DNA from: an uncultured Desulfovibrio sp.
GTDB lineage: Bacteria > Desulfobacterota > Desulfovibrionia > Desulfovibrionales > Desulfovibrionaceae
Assembly (NCBI GenBank): GCA_964402645.1
Contig: CAYOCV010000012.1
Coordinates: 36,622-100,621, forward strand
Length of the DNA stretch: 64,000 bases
Direction of reading: 5' to 3'
How positions within the stretch are numbered: the stretch's first letter is position 1; each line of letters starts with the position of its first letter. Made by a program: the position numbers and the translations under genes. The notes under the pieces were generated by a model. That model worked only from the letters and a program-made list of their open reading frames with translations, did no database searches and was not told the origin of the DNA. Below, one piece after another: positions 47,879 to 58,704 of this stretch.

Positions 47879-48478
47879 ATGGAGTTCCTGCCCATCAAAC
47901 GGGCGCTCATGAGCGCCACGGACAAGAGCGGCCTGGCCGACTTCGCGGCCTTTCTGGCGGGCAACGGCGTGGAACTTGTCTCCACCGGCGGCACGCGCCG
48001 CATGCTCGAAGGCGCGGGGCTGAAGGTTACCCCCGTCAGCCGCGTGACCGGCTTTCCCGAAATCCTCGGGGGCCGGGTAAAGACGCTGCACCCGCACATC
48101 CATGGCGGCGTGCTGGCCGACAAGGACAATCCGGAACACGTGGCCACGCTGCGCGAACTGGGCATTGCCCCGTTCGACCTGATCTGCGTGAACCTGTACG
48201 ACTTCGCCACAGCGGCGGCCAAGGGGCTGGACCTCAAGCAGGCCGTGGAGGAAATCGACATCGGCGGCCCGTGCATGCTGCGCGCCGCAGCCAAGAACTA
48301 TCACTCCATCCTCGTGCTGCCTTCGCCCGCGTACTACGGGCAGGCCATGGAGGAAATGCGCACCAATTCCATGCGCGTGGGGCTGGAATTCCGGCGCGAG
48401 ATGTCCGTGCTCACCTTTGCCGCCACGGCGGCCTACGACCGCATGATCGCCGATTATCTGGCGGCAGCGGCAAGATAG
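47879..48478 (+). CDS. Stand-alone IMP cyclohydrolase (MGS-like N-terminal PurH domain)
   Basis: KRALMSATDKSGL, VSTGGT, FPEILGGRVKTLHP.IHGG and DLICVNLY are present. AAGGAGA lies before ATG 47879. The protein is 199 aa. Confidence 0.85.
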   Translation: MEFLPIKRALMSATDKSGLADFAAFLAGNGVELVSTGGTRRMLEGAGLKVTPVSRVTGFPEILGGRVKTLHPHIHGGVLADKDNPEHVATLRELGIAPFDLICVNLYDFATAAAKGLDLKQAVEEIDIGGPCMLRAAAKNYHSILVLPSPAYYGQAMEEMRTNSMRVGLEFRREMSVLTFAATAAYDRMIADYLAAAAR

Positions 48479-48505
48479 GCCCCGGGCACCCGCTTTGACT
48501 GCCGA

Positions 48506-48533
48506 CCGGGCGTCCGCAAGGACGCCCGGTTTT
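48506..48533 (+). terminator. Intrinsic terminator
   Basis: ccgggcgtcc-gcaa-ggacgcccgg is followed by TTTT. Confidence 0.8.
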
Positions 48534-48738
48534 GCGTGACGCCGCTCCCGCATCCTGTACCGGGTCCGCTGGTTCGCCAGACATGCCAGACAGGCCAGAC
48601 GGGCCAGCGCGCGCCCCTTCCCGGCAGGAAGCGCCCGTTTCCGCCAGCCCCCTTCCCCCTTCCCCCTTCCCATGTCCCGCTTCCCCGCGCCGCCCCTTCC
48701 GCGTATGATGCCTTTCCGCGCCGGGCAGCTGACCGCAA

Positions 48739-50730
<1,992 letters not shown>

Positions 50731-50735
50731 CCGCG

Positions 50736-50805
50736 GCGGAATTGGTCAGACGGAATTGGTCAGGCGGAATTAGTCAGGCGGAATTAGTCAGGCGGAATCG
50801 GCAGG
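50736..50805. repeat. 14-bp tandem repeat (5 copies of GCGGAATTRGTCAG)
   Basis: gcggaattggtcag acggaattggtcag gcggaattagtcag gcggaattagtcag gcggaatcggcagg, starting 6 nt after the hflX stop. Confidence 0.9.
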
Positions 50806-51140
50806 AGCGAAGTGCGTCGAGGCGGCACGAGCCCGCTGCATCCAGGCTCGCGCCGCATGCGGCACGGCCCTGCATCGTGCGTGTACACAACATCATGTGA
50901 CGATGTACTACTGCCACAACGCCGCCAACCCGCCGCCCTTGCTAACAATGTTTTTTACATAAAAATGACGTTATTTTACAGCATGTTGCAAACACAACAA
51001 TCCTCGTCTGCAAAACATGCGCATGCACATATCCTGCTTCAGCAATGGATGCGCCATGTTGCGCAATGAAAAAATGCGCCACGCAGTCGTTGCAACATTG
51101 CCGCTGCAACGTCACACCCCCTTTACAGCCGACACGCTCG

Positions 51141-51514
51141 CGGCTAGGGTTTAATCACCGGCGAAAGAAATCGGCCTAGCCAGTGGGCCGGAGTCCCGCC
51201 GGAGTACGCAGCAACGCCGAGGGCGTTGCGAGGTCCGCAACAGGTGCACAGAGCGCTCGCAGCCTGCGACCAAACCAGGCGGAGCCCAGCCGAGCCACGG
51301 CACGACGCACGGAACGCGGCTAAGGTGAGCAAGCGGAAAACACCATCGGAGGACTGTTCTGGCAGAAATTTACCCCCATAACGGCAAAGCGAGTTGCCCA
51401 CAATGAATAGGGACACGGAAGATAATCCCTAACAGGCGTGCAGCAGAGATCCCGGCGCAAAGCGCGGAATCTCCCGGATATCCGGAGCGGCACGCCTTTC
51501 TTTTTGCCGTTTTC
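51141..51514 (+). ncRNA. Candidate structured non-coding RNA of unknown class
   Basis: This ~370-nt non-coding stretch contains several perfect local helices: GGCTAGG/CCTAGCC 51142/51175, GCAACGCC/GGCGTTGC 51211/51222, GGCAA/TTGCC 51383/51394 and TAGGGA/TCCCTA 51408/51425. It ends in a long-range stem AGGCGTGC/GCACGCCT (51434/51490) followed by TTTCTTTTT. No credible ORF is present. The strand was inferred from the T-run. Confidence 0.3.
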
Positions 51515-51647
51515 CGGCTGCCACGCCCGGCATGCCGTCGCCCTGCCAGCCCTTGCGCCGCCCCCCTCGCCCCCGATTGCCCGGCCATTCGCCGTTGCCC
51601 ACGTTCACTATCCCCGCCATCGCCCCACCAGACGCTGCCCCGTGGCA

Positions 51648-51689
51648 CAGCCCCCTGCCAACTCAGCCCCCCTGCCAACTCAGCCTCTC
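51648..51689. repeat. 16/17-bp tandem repeat (about 2.5 copies of CAGCCCCCTGCCAACT)
   Basis: Read directly within the 650-nt non-coding gap upstream of 52165. Confidence 0.7.
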
Positions 51690-52164
51690 TTCAGCCGCAG
51701 CCCTCATCCCGCCTTCACATCCGGCCAAGCCCATGCGGTTTCCGCGTGCGCACCGCTGCCTGCCGCCTCCTCCCGCACTTTTCTTTGCCCGCCCTGTGCA
51801 GTAAGCACACGCAGACCTTGCCACGCGGCGCGAAAGCGCCTAAATCATACCCAGACAGTAGGCAATAACCCCACTCACGTGGGGTATTTCATGCCGTCGC
51901 CTTGGCGTTGCGGAGCCACCCTGGTTGCATGGCGTCACCAAAACCGGTCGACTGCACACAGCCATCTTGACGCCCGTCCACGCCTGGGGCAGTGCAACCC
52001 CTTGCGGGTCCGGACTTTTCCGACCGTTACGTATCGCGTCGCCGCCGCTGCCGCTTTCCGCACGCAGCCCCGACGCCCCGCGCAAGCCCGAACAGACGCG
52101 CGCCCCCCGTGCCGCGCGCCGCACCCCGCGCCGTCATCCGCGCGCAGCCCACGGAGGTTTCAGC

Positions 52165-53877
52165 ATGTCCAAGCACGTCGTCGTCATCGGGGCCGTTGCC
52201 CTTGGCCCCAAGGCCGCCTGCCGGTTCAAGCGCCTCGCACCCGACGCCAAGGTCACCATGATCGACCAGTCGCCCCGCATTTCCTATGGCGGCTGCGGCA
52301 TTCCCTATTTCGTATCGGGCGAGGTCAACAACATCGACGCGCTGCAAGCCACCCCCTACAACGTGGTGCGCGACCCCGAATTCTTCCGCATCAACAAGGA
52401 CGTGGACGTGCTGACCGAAACCCGCGCCGTGTCCATCGACCGCGCGGCCAGGACCGTGCTGGTGGAACACCTGCGCACGGGCGAGCAGCAGACCCTTTCC
52501 TATGACAAGCTGGTGCTGGCGCTGGGCAGCCGGGCCAACCGCCCCCCTGTGGAAGGGCTGGACCTTGCGGGCGTGACCGCCGCCACCAATCTGGAAGAAG
52601 CCGAACTGATCCGCAATGCCATGGCTGCGGGCACGGTGAGCAACGCGGTGATCGTGGGCGGCGGTTTCATCGGCCTGGAAATGGCCGTGGCGCTGGCCGA
52701 CATGTGGGGCATTGGCGTGACCGTGGTGGAACTGGCTGACCGGCTCATGCCGGGCTTCTTGTCCTCTACCCTCACCCGCATGGTGCGCCATGACCTGGAA
52801 AAAAACGGCGTCACCGTGCTGACCGGCGAAAAGGTCATGCGGCTGGAAGGCGAGGACGGCGCCGTGGCCCGCGTGGTGACCGACAAGCGCACCCTTGACG
52901 CGGAACTGGTCATCATGGCCGCAGGGGTGTCGCCCAACACCGCCATCGCCAAGGCCGCCGGGCTGGAAACCGACCCGCGCGGCGCGCTCATCGTCAACGA
53001 CCGCATGCAGACCAGCGACCCGGACATCTATTCCGGCGGCGACTGCGTGACCATCCCCAACCTAATCACCGGCAAGCCCGGCTTCTTCCCGCTGGGGTCC
53101 ATGGCCAACCGCCAGGGCCGCGTGGTGGGGACCAACCTGGCCGGCGGCAACGCCACCTTCCCCGGCGCGGTGGGCAGCTGGGTGGTCAAGCTGTTCGAAA
53201 TCTCTGCCTGCGGCGCGGGCCTGACCATCGAAACCGCCCTGCGCGAAGGCTTTGACGCCATCAACGTGCATGTGGAGCAGTTCGACCGCGCGCACTTTTT
53301 CCCGGAAAAGACCATCATGTCGCTGGAACTGGTGGTGGAAAAGTCCACCCGCCGGGTGCTGGGCATTCAGGGCGTATCCACCCTGGGCGACGCGCTGACC
53401 GCGCGCATCAACGCCGTGGCCACCATGCTGGCCGACAAGCCCACCATCGAGGACATCAGCAACGCCGAAATCGTGTACTCGCCGCCGTTCGCCTCGGCCA
53501 TGGACATCCTGAACGTGGCGGGCAACGTGGCCGAAAACATTCTGGAAGGCCGCGCCAGGGTCATCGACCCCGAAGAATTCGAGCGGCTGTGGAAGGAGCG
53601 CGACACCAACGACACCGTGTGTTTCATCGACACCCGGCTTGCGGGCAATGCCGTGCCTTTCCTCGAAAAGTACCCCGACCACTGGAAGAGCATCCCCGAA
53701 GAACAAATCCACGAAAGGCTGGACGAAGTGCCCACCGACCGCACCGTGGTGCTGGTGTGCAACACCGGCCTGCGCGCCTACGACGCCCAACTCATGCTGG
53801 CCAGGGACGGCGTGACCAACACGGTCAGCGTGCAGGGCGGCATGGTGGCCATGCACAAGATCGGGGCGGATATCTAG
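52165..53877 (+). CDS. CoA-disulfide-reductase/NADH-oxidase-family flavoprotein fused to a C-terminal rhodanese domain
   Basis: VVVIGAVALGPKAA is present, with the redox Cys in SYGGCGIPYF and a second Rossmann motif VIVGGGFIGLE. The C-terminal rhodanese loop is VLVCNTGLRA. ACGGAGG lies before ATG 52165. Confidence 0.85.
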   Translation: MSKHVVVIGAVALGPKAACRFKRLAPDAKVTMIDQSPRISYGGCGIPYFVSGEVNNIDALQATPYNVVRDPEFFRINKDVDVLTETRAVSIDRAARTVLVEHLRTGEQQTLSYDKLVLALGSRANRPPVEGLDLAGVTAATNLEEAELIRNAMAAGTVSNAVIVGGGFIGLEMAVALADMWGIGVTVVELADRLMPGFLSSTLTRMVRHDLEKNGVTVLTGEKVMRLEGEDGAVARVVTDKRTLDAELVIMAAGVSPNTAIAKAAGLETDPRGALIVNDRMQTSDPDIYSGGDCVTIPNLITGKPGFFPLGSMANRQGRVVGTNLAGGNATFPGAVGSWVVKLFEISACGAGLTIETALREGFDAINVHVEQFDRAHFFPEKTIMSLELVVEKSTRRVLGIQGVSTLGDALTARINAVATMLADKPTIEDISNAEIVYSPPFASAMDILNVAGNVAENILEGRARVIDPEEFERLWKERDTNDTVCFIDTRLAGNAVPFLEKYPDHWKSIPEEQIHERLDEVPTDRTVVLVCNTGLRAYDAQLMLARDGVTNTVSVQGGMVAMHKIGADI

Positions 53878-54020
53878 CACGCAGGATACGGAAGCACTCT
53901 GGGCGCGCACCAGCCTCCGCATCCATTCCGCAAGACGATTCGGCGGGCAGGAAACACGATTCCTGCCCGCCGTCATTTTTTCATGCAGGGGGAAATCCCA
54001 AGAGAGACCTCCTGTTTTTC

Positions 54021-54920
54021 CTATCCCGGTACTCGCCCCCGGAACAACTGGCGCAGGTCCAGCAGCAGCACAAGGCCCACCACGATGCACGCGGCCCCTG
54101 CGGCCATGGCCGGGGTGATGCGCTCGCCAAGGAACAGCGCACCCCAGCCCATGCCGAACACGGGTATGAGCAGGGTGACCGCAAGCGCGCGGGCCGGGCC
54201 GGTATCCTCCACCAGCCGGAAGTACAGCAGGTAGGCCACGGCCCCGCAGACCAGGGCCAGGGTGACGATGCAGGCCAGCACCAGCGGGGTGAGCAGGGCC
54301 GGATTATGCATGGCAGGCGCGGGCCACAGGGGCAGTGCGGGCAGCAGGGTCAGCGCCGCCCCCAGTTGGCTGCCGGCAGCCACGGCGCCGGGGCGGATGC
54401 CCGCGCCGTGCAGCTTGATGTAGGTGGCGGCAAGGCCGTAGCACAGCGGCGCGGCCAGCCCGGCCCCCACGGCCAGCAGCACCTGCGGGGTCGGCTGCAC
54501 CGGTCCCACCCCCACCATGACGGCCACCCCGGCGATGCCCAGCGCCAGCCCGGCCACACGGGCCGGGGTTACGCGTTCGTGCAGCCACACCGCCGCGCAG
54601 AGTACTCCGAACAGCGGCGCGGTGGCGTTGAGCACGGCGGAATAGGCTGCCGGAATGTGGAGTGCGGCATAGGCGAACAGCGCAAAGGGCACGCCGGAAT
54701 TCACCGTGCCCACGATGACGAAGAAGCGCCAGTGCGCGCGCAGGCCAAGGTCCGTTCCCGTGGCCCGAAACCAGGCGAACAGGGCCAGCCCCGCCAGCAG
54801 TACGCGCAGTTCGGCGGTCAGCACCGGCCCCAGCGCCGGGGCCACCAGCCGCATGAACAGGAACGACGAACCCCAGATGGCGGCCAGCAGCAACAGGCGA
54901 AGCAGATCGACGGGACGCAT
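54021..54920 (-). CDS. EamA/DMT-family transporter
   Basis: 299 aa with 10 predicted TM segments and two EamA-like halves. GGAGG lies before ATG 54920. The longer 550-aa ORF was rejected. Confidence 0.85.
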   Translation of the reverse strand: MRPVDLLRLLLLAAIWGSSFLFMRLVAPALGPVLTAELRVLLAGLALFAWFRATGTDLGLRAHWRFFVIVGTVNSGVPFALFAYAALHIPAAYSAVLNATAPLFGVLCAAVWLHERVTPARVAGLALGIAGVAVMVGVGPVQPTPQVLLAVGAGLAAPLCYGLAATYIKLHGAGIRPGAVAAGSQLGAALTLLPALPLWPAPAMHNPALLTPLVLACIVTLALVCGAVAYLLYFRLVEDTGPARALAVTLLIPVFGMGWGALFLGERITPAMAAGAACIVVGLVLLLDLRQLFRGRVPG

Positions 54921-54980
54921 GATTCCTCCCGATGACGTTGGGATGATGGTCCGGCTGTCCGAAAGTATCTCCAGCATAGG

Positions 54981-55070
54981 CGCACGGGCGCACTGATGCA
55001 CTGACGCACGGGCGCACTGATGCACTGACGCACGGGCGCACTGACGCACTGACGCACTGACGCACGGGCC
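54981..55070. repeat. Nested tandem repeat (24-bp unit CGCACGGGCGCACTGATGCACTGA x2.7, containing the 8-bp unit CGCACTGA)
   Basis: Read directly, 60-150 nt upstream of the eamA-like start codon. Confidence 0.9.
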
Positions 55071-55227
55071 GATACACGGACAGCACCGGGCATGGCAAGG
55101 CTGGCAGCCCTCCGGCGGGCGCAGTGCGCCTGCCTGGGGTGCCGGTCTTTCTGACATGGGTCGGGCCGGAAAGAGTGACGGCGGCAAGGGTATCGCTACG
55201 GGATGGCCGCCAGGCGGCGCTCCGCCG

Positions 55228-56139
55228 TCACCCGATGGGCATTCGGGCGGCTTCGCGGCGCAGCAGTTCGGCCTTTCGGTCCACCCCCCAGCGGTAGCCG
55301 GTGAGCGCACCGTCGCGCCCCAGCACTCTATGGCAGGGCACCACCACGGCCACGGGGTTGCGGGCGCAGGCGGCGGCCACGGCGCGCACCGCCGTGGGCC
55401 TGCCGATGCGGGCGGCAAGCTGGGCGTAGCCCAGCGTCTCACCGGGGGGCAATTCGCGCAGGGCGCTCCACACCGCGTGCTGAAAGGCGGTGCCGCGCAC
55501 GTCCAGCGGCAGCGCGGGGTGCGCGCCGCCCTGCTCGACAAAGGCCACCACCGCGCCCAGCCACTGCCGTACCGCATCGCTGGGGGGGTGCAGTTCGGCA
55601 CGGGGAAAACGGCGTTGCAGGCCGGAAAGCAGGGCCTCGCGGTCGTCGCCGATGTCGATGGCGCACACGCCATCCTGCGTGGCGGCCATGACCAGCCAGC
55701 CCAGCGAGGTTTGCGCGGCGGCCACGGCCAGGCGCTGGCCCGGCGCGCCCTTGCGGTAGCGGGCCGGGGTCATGCCCAGCATGCCGTGGGCATCTTCATA
55801 CACCCGACTGGGCGAGCCGAACCCGGCCTCGTAGATGGCCTCGGACACGGGCACGCCCCGTTCCAACGCACCGCGCAACCGCTGTTCGCGGCAGGCCTGC
55901 TGATAGTCGCGCGGTGATACCCCCACCAGACGCGTAAACACGCGCTGGAAATGGCCGGAGCTCAATCCTGCCGCCTCGGCCAGTTCCGTCAGGGGCACCG
56001 GCTCGGCACGCTCGCGCAACGTGGCGCAAGCGGCCCGGACCAAGGCCAGACGCGGGTCGTCGGGCCTGGGAGCTGCGGCGGACGCAGTGGACGCGGCGGG
56101 GGCCGAATCGACAGCGGTATGGCGGATGGGCGTGTCCAT
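55228..56139 (-). CDS. Ada-like bifunctional protein: AraC-type HTH fused to an O6-methylguanine-DNA methyltransferase domain
   Basis: The AraC HTH is LAEAAGLSSGHFQRVFTRLVGVSPRDY. The MGMT active site is VPCHRVLGRDGALTGYRWG. Start at MDTPIRH (56139); the alternative is MEKRT (56175). Confidence 0.85.
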   Translation of the reverse strand: MDTPIRHTAVDSAPAASTASAAAPRPDDPRLALVRAACATLRERAEPVPLTELAEAAGLSSGHFQRVFTRLVGVSPRDYQQACREQRLRGALERGVPVSEAIYEAGFGSPSRVYEDAHGMLGMTPARYRKGAPGQRLAVAAAQTSLGWLVMAATQDGVCAIDIGDDREALLSGLQRRFPRAELHPPSDAVRQWLGAVVAFVEQGGAHPALPLDVRGTAFQHAVWSALRELPPGETLGYAQLAARIGRPTAVRAVAAACARNPVAVVVPCHRVLGRDGALTGYRWGVDRKAELLRREAARMPIG

Positions 56140-56590
56140 GACGGCAACATAGGCCCGCCGCGTGCGCTTTTCCATCCGAATCTTGCGCTGCCCCCCGCCG
56201 GGCGTGATAATTTTCGCACCTTCCTGCCTCGCCCTGCGCCCTGCCCGCAACCCGCGCCACGCCTTGCCTGCGCCTGCATGGCCCACCGCGCAGCGTTGCG
56301 CGCCCCGGGAAGGCTCCTTCCACCGCGTGGACGGAACCGTCTGATATGCGTATGCAGGGACATGGAGAACTGCCGTGCGTGCTGCTGGGAGCGCGTTCGG
56401 CAATGCTCTGGAAGGCGCTTCAGAAGATCGCTTCTGGGGGGAGGACGCCTTCTGCGAGACTCTGTTGGTATTGCCGTTGGCGGGCGCAACCTGCGTCCCG
56501 GCATGACCGTTCCGGACTGGTCCCGACCCGTCCTCCCGGTCCGCCGGAACGCCGCCATGGGGGCTGTCGCAGGACGGCCCGGGAGGTACC

Positions 56591-56830
56591 ATGGAAGACG
56601 AGGCTGGATACCTGGCAATGCTGGAACGGCAGATGGACGAAGCCATGGCGCGCCTGGCCGATACCTGCCGCGACGAACCGGGCTGCACAGCCCCGGAGGC
56701 AGACGGCGCGAAGCTGGCCGCCCGCGCCGCCTGCGAACAGGCCGAAGAGGCCGCCCGCTCCACCTACGAACAGGAATGGGCCAAGGTGTGGGGCGTGGTA
56801 CGACAACGCAAACACAAGGGAGGGCGCTGA
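56591..56830 (+). CDS. Small hypothetical protein (79 aa, helical, acidic)
   Basis: GGGAGG lies 4 nt before the ATG. It is upstream of, and co-oriented with, the second TPR-GT2 gene. No family recognised. Confidence 0.4.
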   Translation: MEDEAGYLAMLERQMDEAMARLADTCRDEPGCTAPEADGAKLAARAACEQAEEAARSTYEQEWAKVWGVVRQRKHKGGR

Positions 56831-56983
56831 CCGCAAACCGTTACGACGAGGCACACCGGGATTGTCCCGGCTGTTCCCCATGTTCGCGTTCACGGTGCCC
56901 CTGCACGCTCCTCCGCACTCCGTCGGCATGGCACCTGCCGCAGCATGGTTTCGCACACCCGCAACTCCACGCCACGAGCCGCC

Positions 56984-58615
56984 ATGCACTACCGGTACCT
57001 CGCCCCCGGCCTTCAGACGGAACTGGAAGCCCTAACCATTGACGACGTCATCGACCACCTGCGCAATCACCTGGGCAATTTTTTGCTCGATGCGCCGGTT
57101 TGCGTCAGCTACCTGAACCGGCTGGCAGCCGAAACCGGCGGCCTGAGCACGCCCCGCCAGATGGACTGGCTGCGCTGGCTGGTGCGTACCTTTGCGCGGA
57201 TGCGGCCCTTCGACGAGCAGGCCGTGACTCTGGCCGCCCGCGTGAACGGCACCCCGGAAGACACCCCGCTGCATCGGGCCCTGGCCAAGGTGCGCACGCC
57301 GGAGGCGTTGCGCCTCCGGGTGGAGCAGACCGCCAATCAACCGTCGGAAGAAGCGCGCGACATGCTGTTGCGCCTGTTCCGCGAAATGCCGTTTTCCGTG
57401 GACATGGCCGAACGGCTGCTGCATCTGGATCTGCAACTTGGGATCATGCCCGGTGACGGCTGGTACGACGGGCTGCGCTGCCCGCCCCTGCTGCGCGGCC
57501 TGCTGGACCGGGAGCGCTTTCGGGCGTGCATGCTGCACGGCAACGACGCCATGGCGCAGGAATTGCGCGACCACACCCACGCCGTCGGGACTGACGACCC
57601 CGGCTGGCTGAACTGCGCGGCGGAACTGGCCGTGCGCACCGGCGACCGGGCGGCGGGCATGGATTTCTACCGCACGTCCCTGCGGCTGGACCCCACGCAG
57701 ATTCCCGTTGCCTTACGCCTGCGCGAACTGGAACAGCCGTTCTTCACCCCGCCGGACGCCCTGGGCTCAGCCGTCGGCCCCGTGGCGATCTTTCTGTACT
57801 CATGGAACAAGCGCGACCTGCTGGAGCAGACCCTGCGCTCGCTGGCGGCGTCGGACACGGGCGGGGCATCCATCACCCTGCTGCTGAACGGCTGCACCGA
57901 CGGCTCTGCGGAAATGGCGGCGGCGCTGAACGCCAGCCTGTTCGACGGGCGCATGGAGACCATCGAGTTGCCCGTCAACGTGGGGGCACCGGCGGCGCGC
58001 AACTGGCTGCTGCACACCCCGCGCGGACGCGAGGCGGCCTTTGTGGCCTTTCTGGATGACGACGTGGAGCTGCCCGCCAACTGGCTGTCCACCCTGGTTG
58101 CGGTGCTGCGCGCCAACCCGCGTGCGGGCGTTGTCGGGGCCAAGACGGTCTTTCCCGGCGCGCCCCGCCGGTTGCAGTACCTGTACCGCACCGTGTCCGT
58201 GGCACAGCCGGGGCTTTTGCGCATCAGCCTGGGCACGCCCAACTTCAATTACGACGGCGGGTTCTACGACTACGTCCGGTCCACGGCCAATGTCATGGGC
58301 TGCTGCCACGTGTTCACCCGTGCCGCGCTGGACGCGGTGCGCGACTTCGACCTGCGTTTCTCACCCTCGCAAATGGACGACATTGCCCACGACCTGGACC
58401 TGTGCCTGCACGGCTTCGAGGTGATGTACTGCGGCCTGGTTACCTGCGTGCATCATCAGATGTCGGGGGTGGGCATTGGCAACGTGCATGTCGGCCGCAT
58501 GGGCAACGTGCTGGGCAACGACGTGAAGTTCTACTACCGCTTCGCCGACCGGCTGGACGAACTGCGGGGGCTTACCGCGCGCCACGCAGTGCCCGATACC
58601 CCGCCGCAGGCGTAG
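56984..58615 (+). CDS. Helical-repeat N-terminal domain fused to a family-2 glycosyltransferase (paralog of 3561..5591)
   Basis: IFLYSWNK, LLNGCTDGS, NVGAPAARNW, FLDDDV and MGCCHVF are present. These blocks are shared in order with the 3561 gene. Confidence 0.75.
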   Translation: MHYRYLAPGLQTELEALTIDDVIDHLRNHLGNFLLDAPVCVSYLNRLAAETGGLSTPRQMDWLRWLVRTFARMRPFDEQAVTLAARVNGTPEDTPLHRALAKVRTPEALRLRVEQTANQPSEEARDMLLRLFREMPFSVDMAERLLHLDLQLGIMPGDGWYDGLRCPPLLRGLLDRERFRACMLHGNDAMAQELRDHTHAVGTDDPGWLNCAAELAVRTGDRAAGMDFYRTSLRLDPTQIPVALRLRELEQPFFTPPDALGSAVGPVAIFLYSWNKRDLLEQTLRSLAASDTGGASITLLLNGCTDGSAEMAAALNASLFDGRMETIELPVNVGAPAARNWLLHTPRGREAAFVAFLDDDVELPANWLSTLVAVLRANPRAGVVGAKTVFPGAPRRLQYLYRTVSVAQPGLLRISLGTPNFNYDGGFYDYVRSTANVMGCCHVFTRAALDAVRDFDLRFSPSQMDDIAHDLDLCLHGFEVMYCGLVTCVHHQMSGVGIGNVHVGRMGNVLGNDVKFYYRFADRLDELRGLTARHAVPDTPPQA

Positions 58616-58704
58616 CGGTTTTGCCCGCCCACAGCCGACGCGGCCCGACCAGACAACGCCACTGCCCGTGTGCCTCAGGCGCGCTGGCAGTGCTTTCCGT
58701 CCGG

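Noticed and set aside
50736-50805. A CRISPR array as an interpretation of the tandem repeats here and at 6701, 17598, 47632 and 54981.
   Set aside because: The units are 9-24 bp and directly abutting with no unique spacers. No cas genes are in the window.
51141-51514. Identification of the structured element as RNase P RNA, tmRNA, SRP/6S RNA, or a cobalamin, Moco, TPP or ZTP riboswitch.
   Set aside because: By eye the universal cores are missing: GGAAAGUCC and ACAGAA..CGGCUUA for RNase P, a tRNA-like 3' end and tag ORF for tmRNA, the GCCACUG B12 box, and CUGAGA/ACCUGAUCUGG for TPP. Only loose partial resemblances were seen, so the class is left open pending a covariance-model search.
51643-51658. 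TGGCAC-containing strings as extra sigma-54 promoters (51643 TGGCACAGCCCCCTGC, 13330 TTGGCACGCAATGTAAAGC, 37169 CGGCACGTCGCGTTTTTGCA).
   Set aside because: The -12 GC is missing, or it is displaced by one or more nucleotides from the canonical GG-N10-GC spacing, which is normally not tolerated.
54921-55673. A 550-aa ORF extending the EamA transporter upstream through the tandem repeat and over the Ada-like gene.
   Set aside because: The extension is a translation of the 24/8-bp repeat and of the antisense strand of the MGMT gene. A strong RBS and a typical EamA N-terminus occur at 54920.
56140-56763. The N-terminal 200-aa extension of the Ada-like ORF (the 511-aa version).
   Set aside because: The extension has no homology-like features and is low in complexity. 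The AraC/MGMT domains begin after MDTPIRH.
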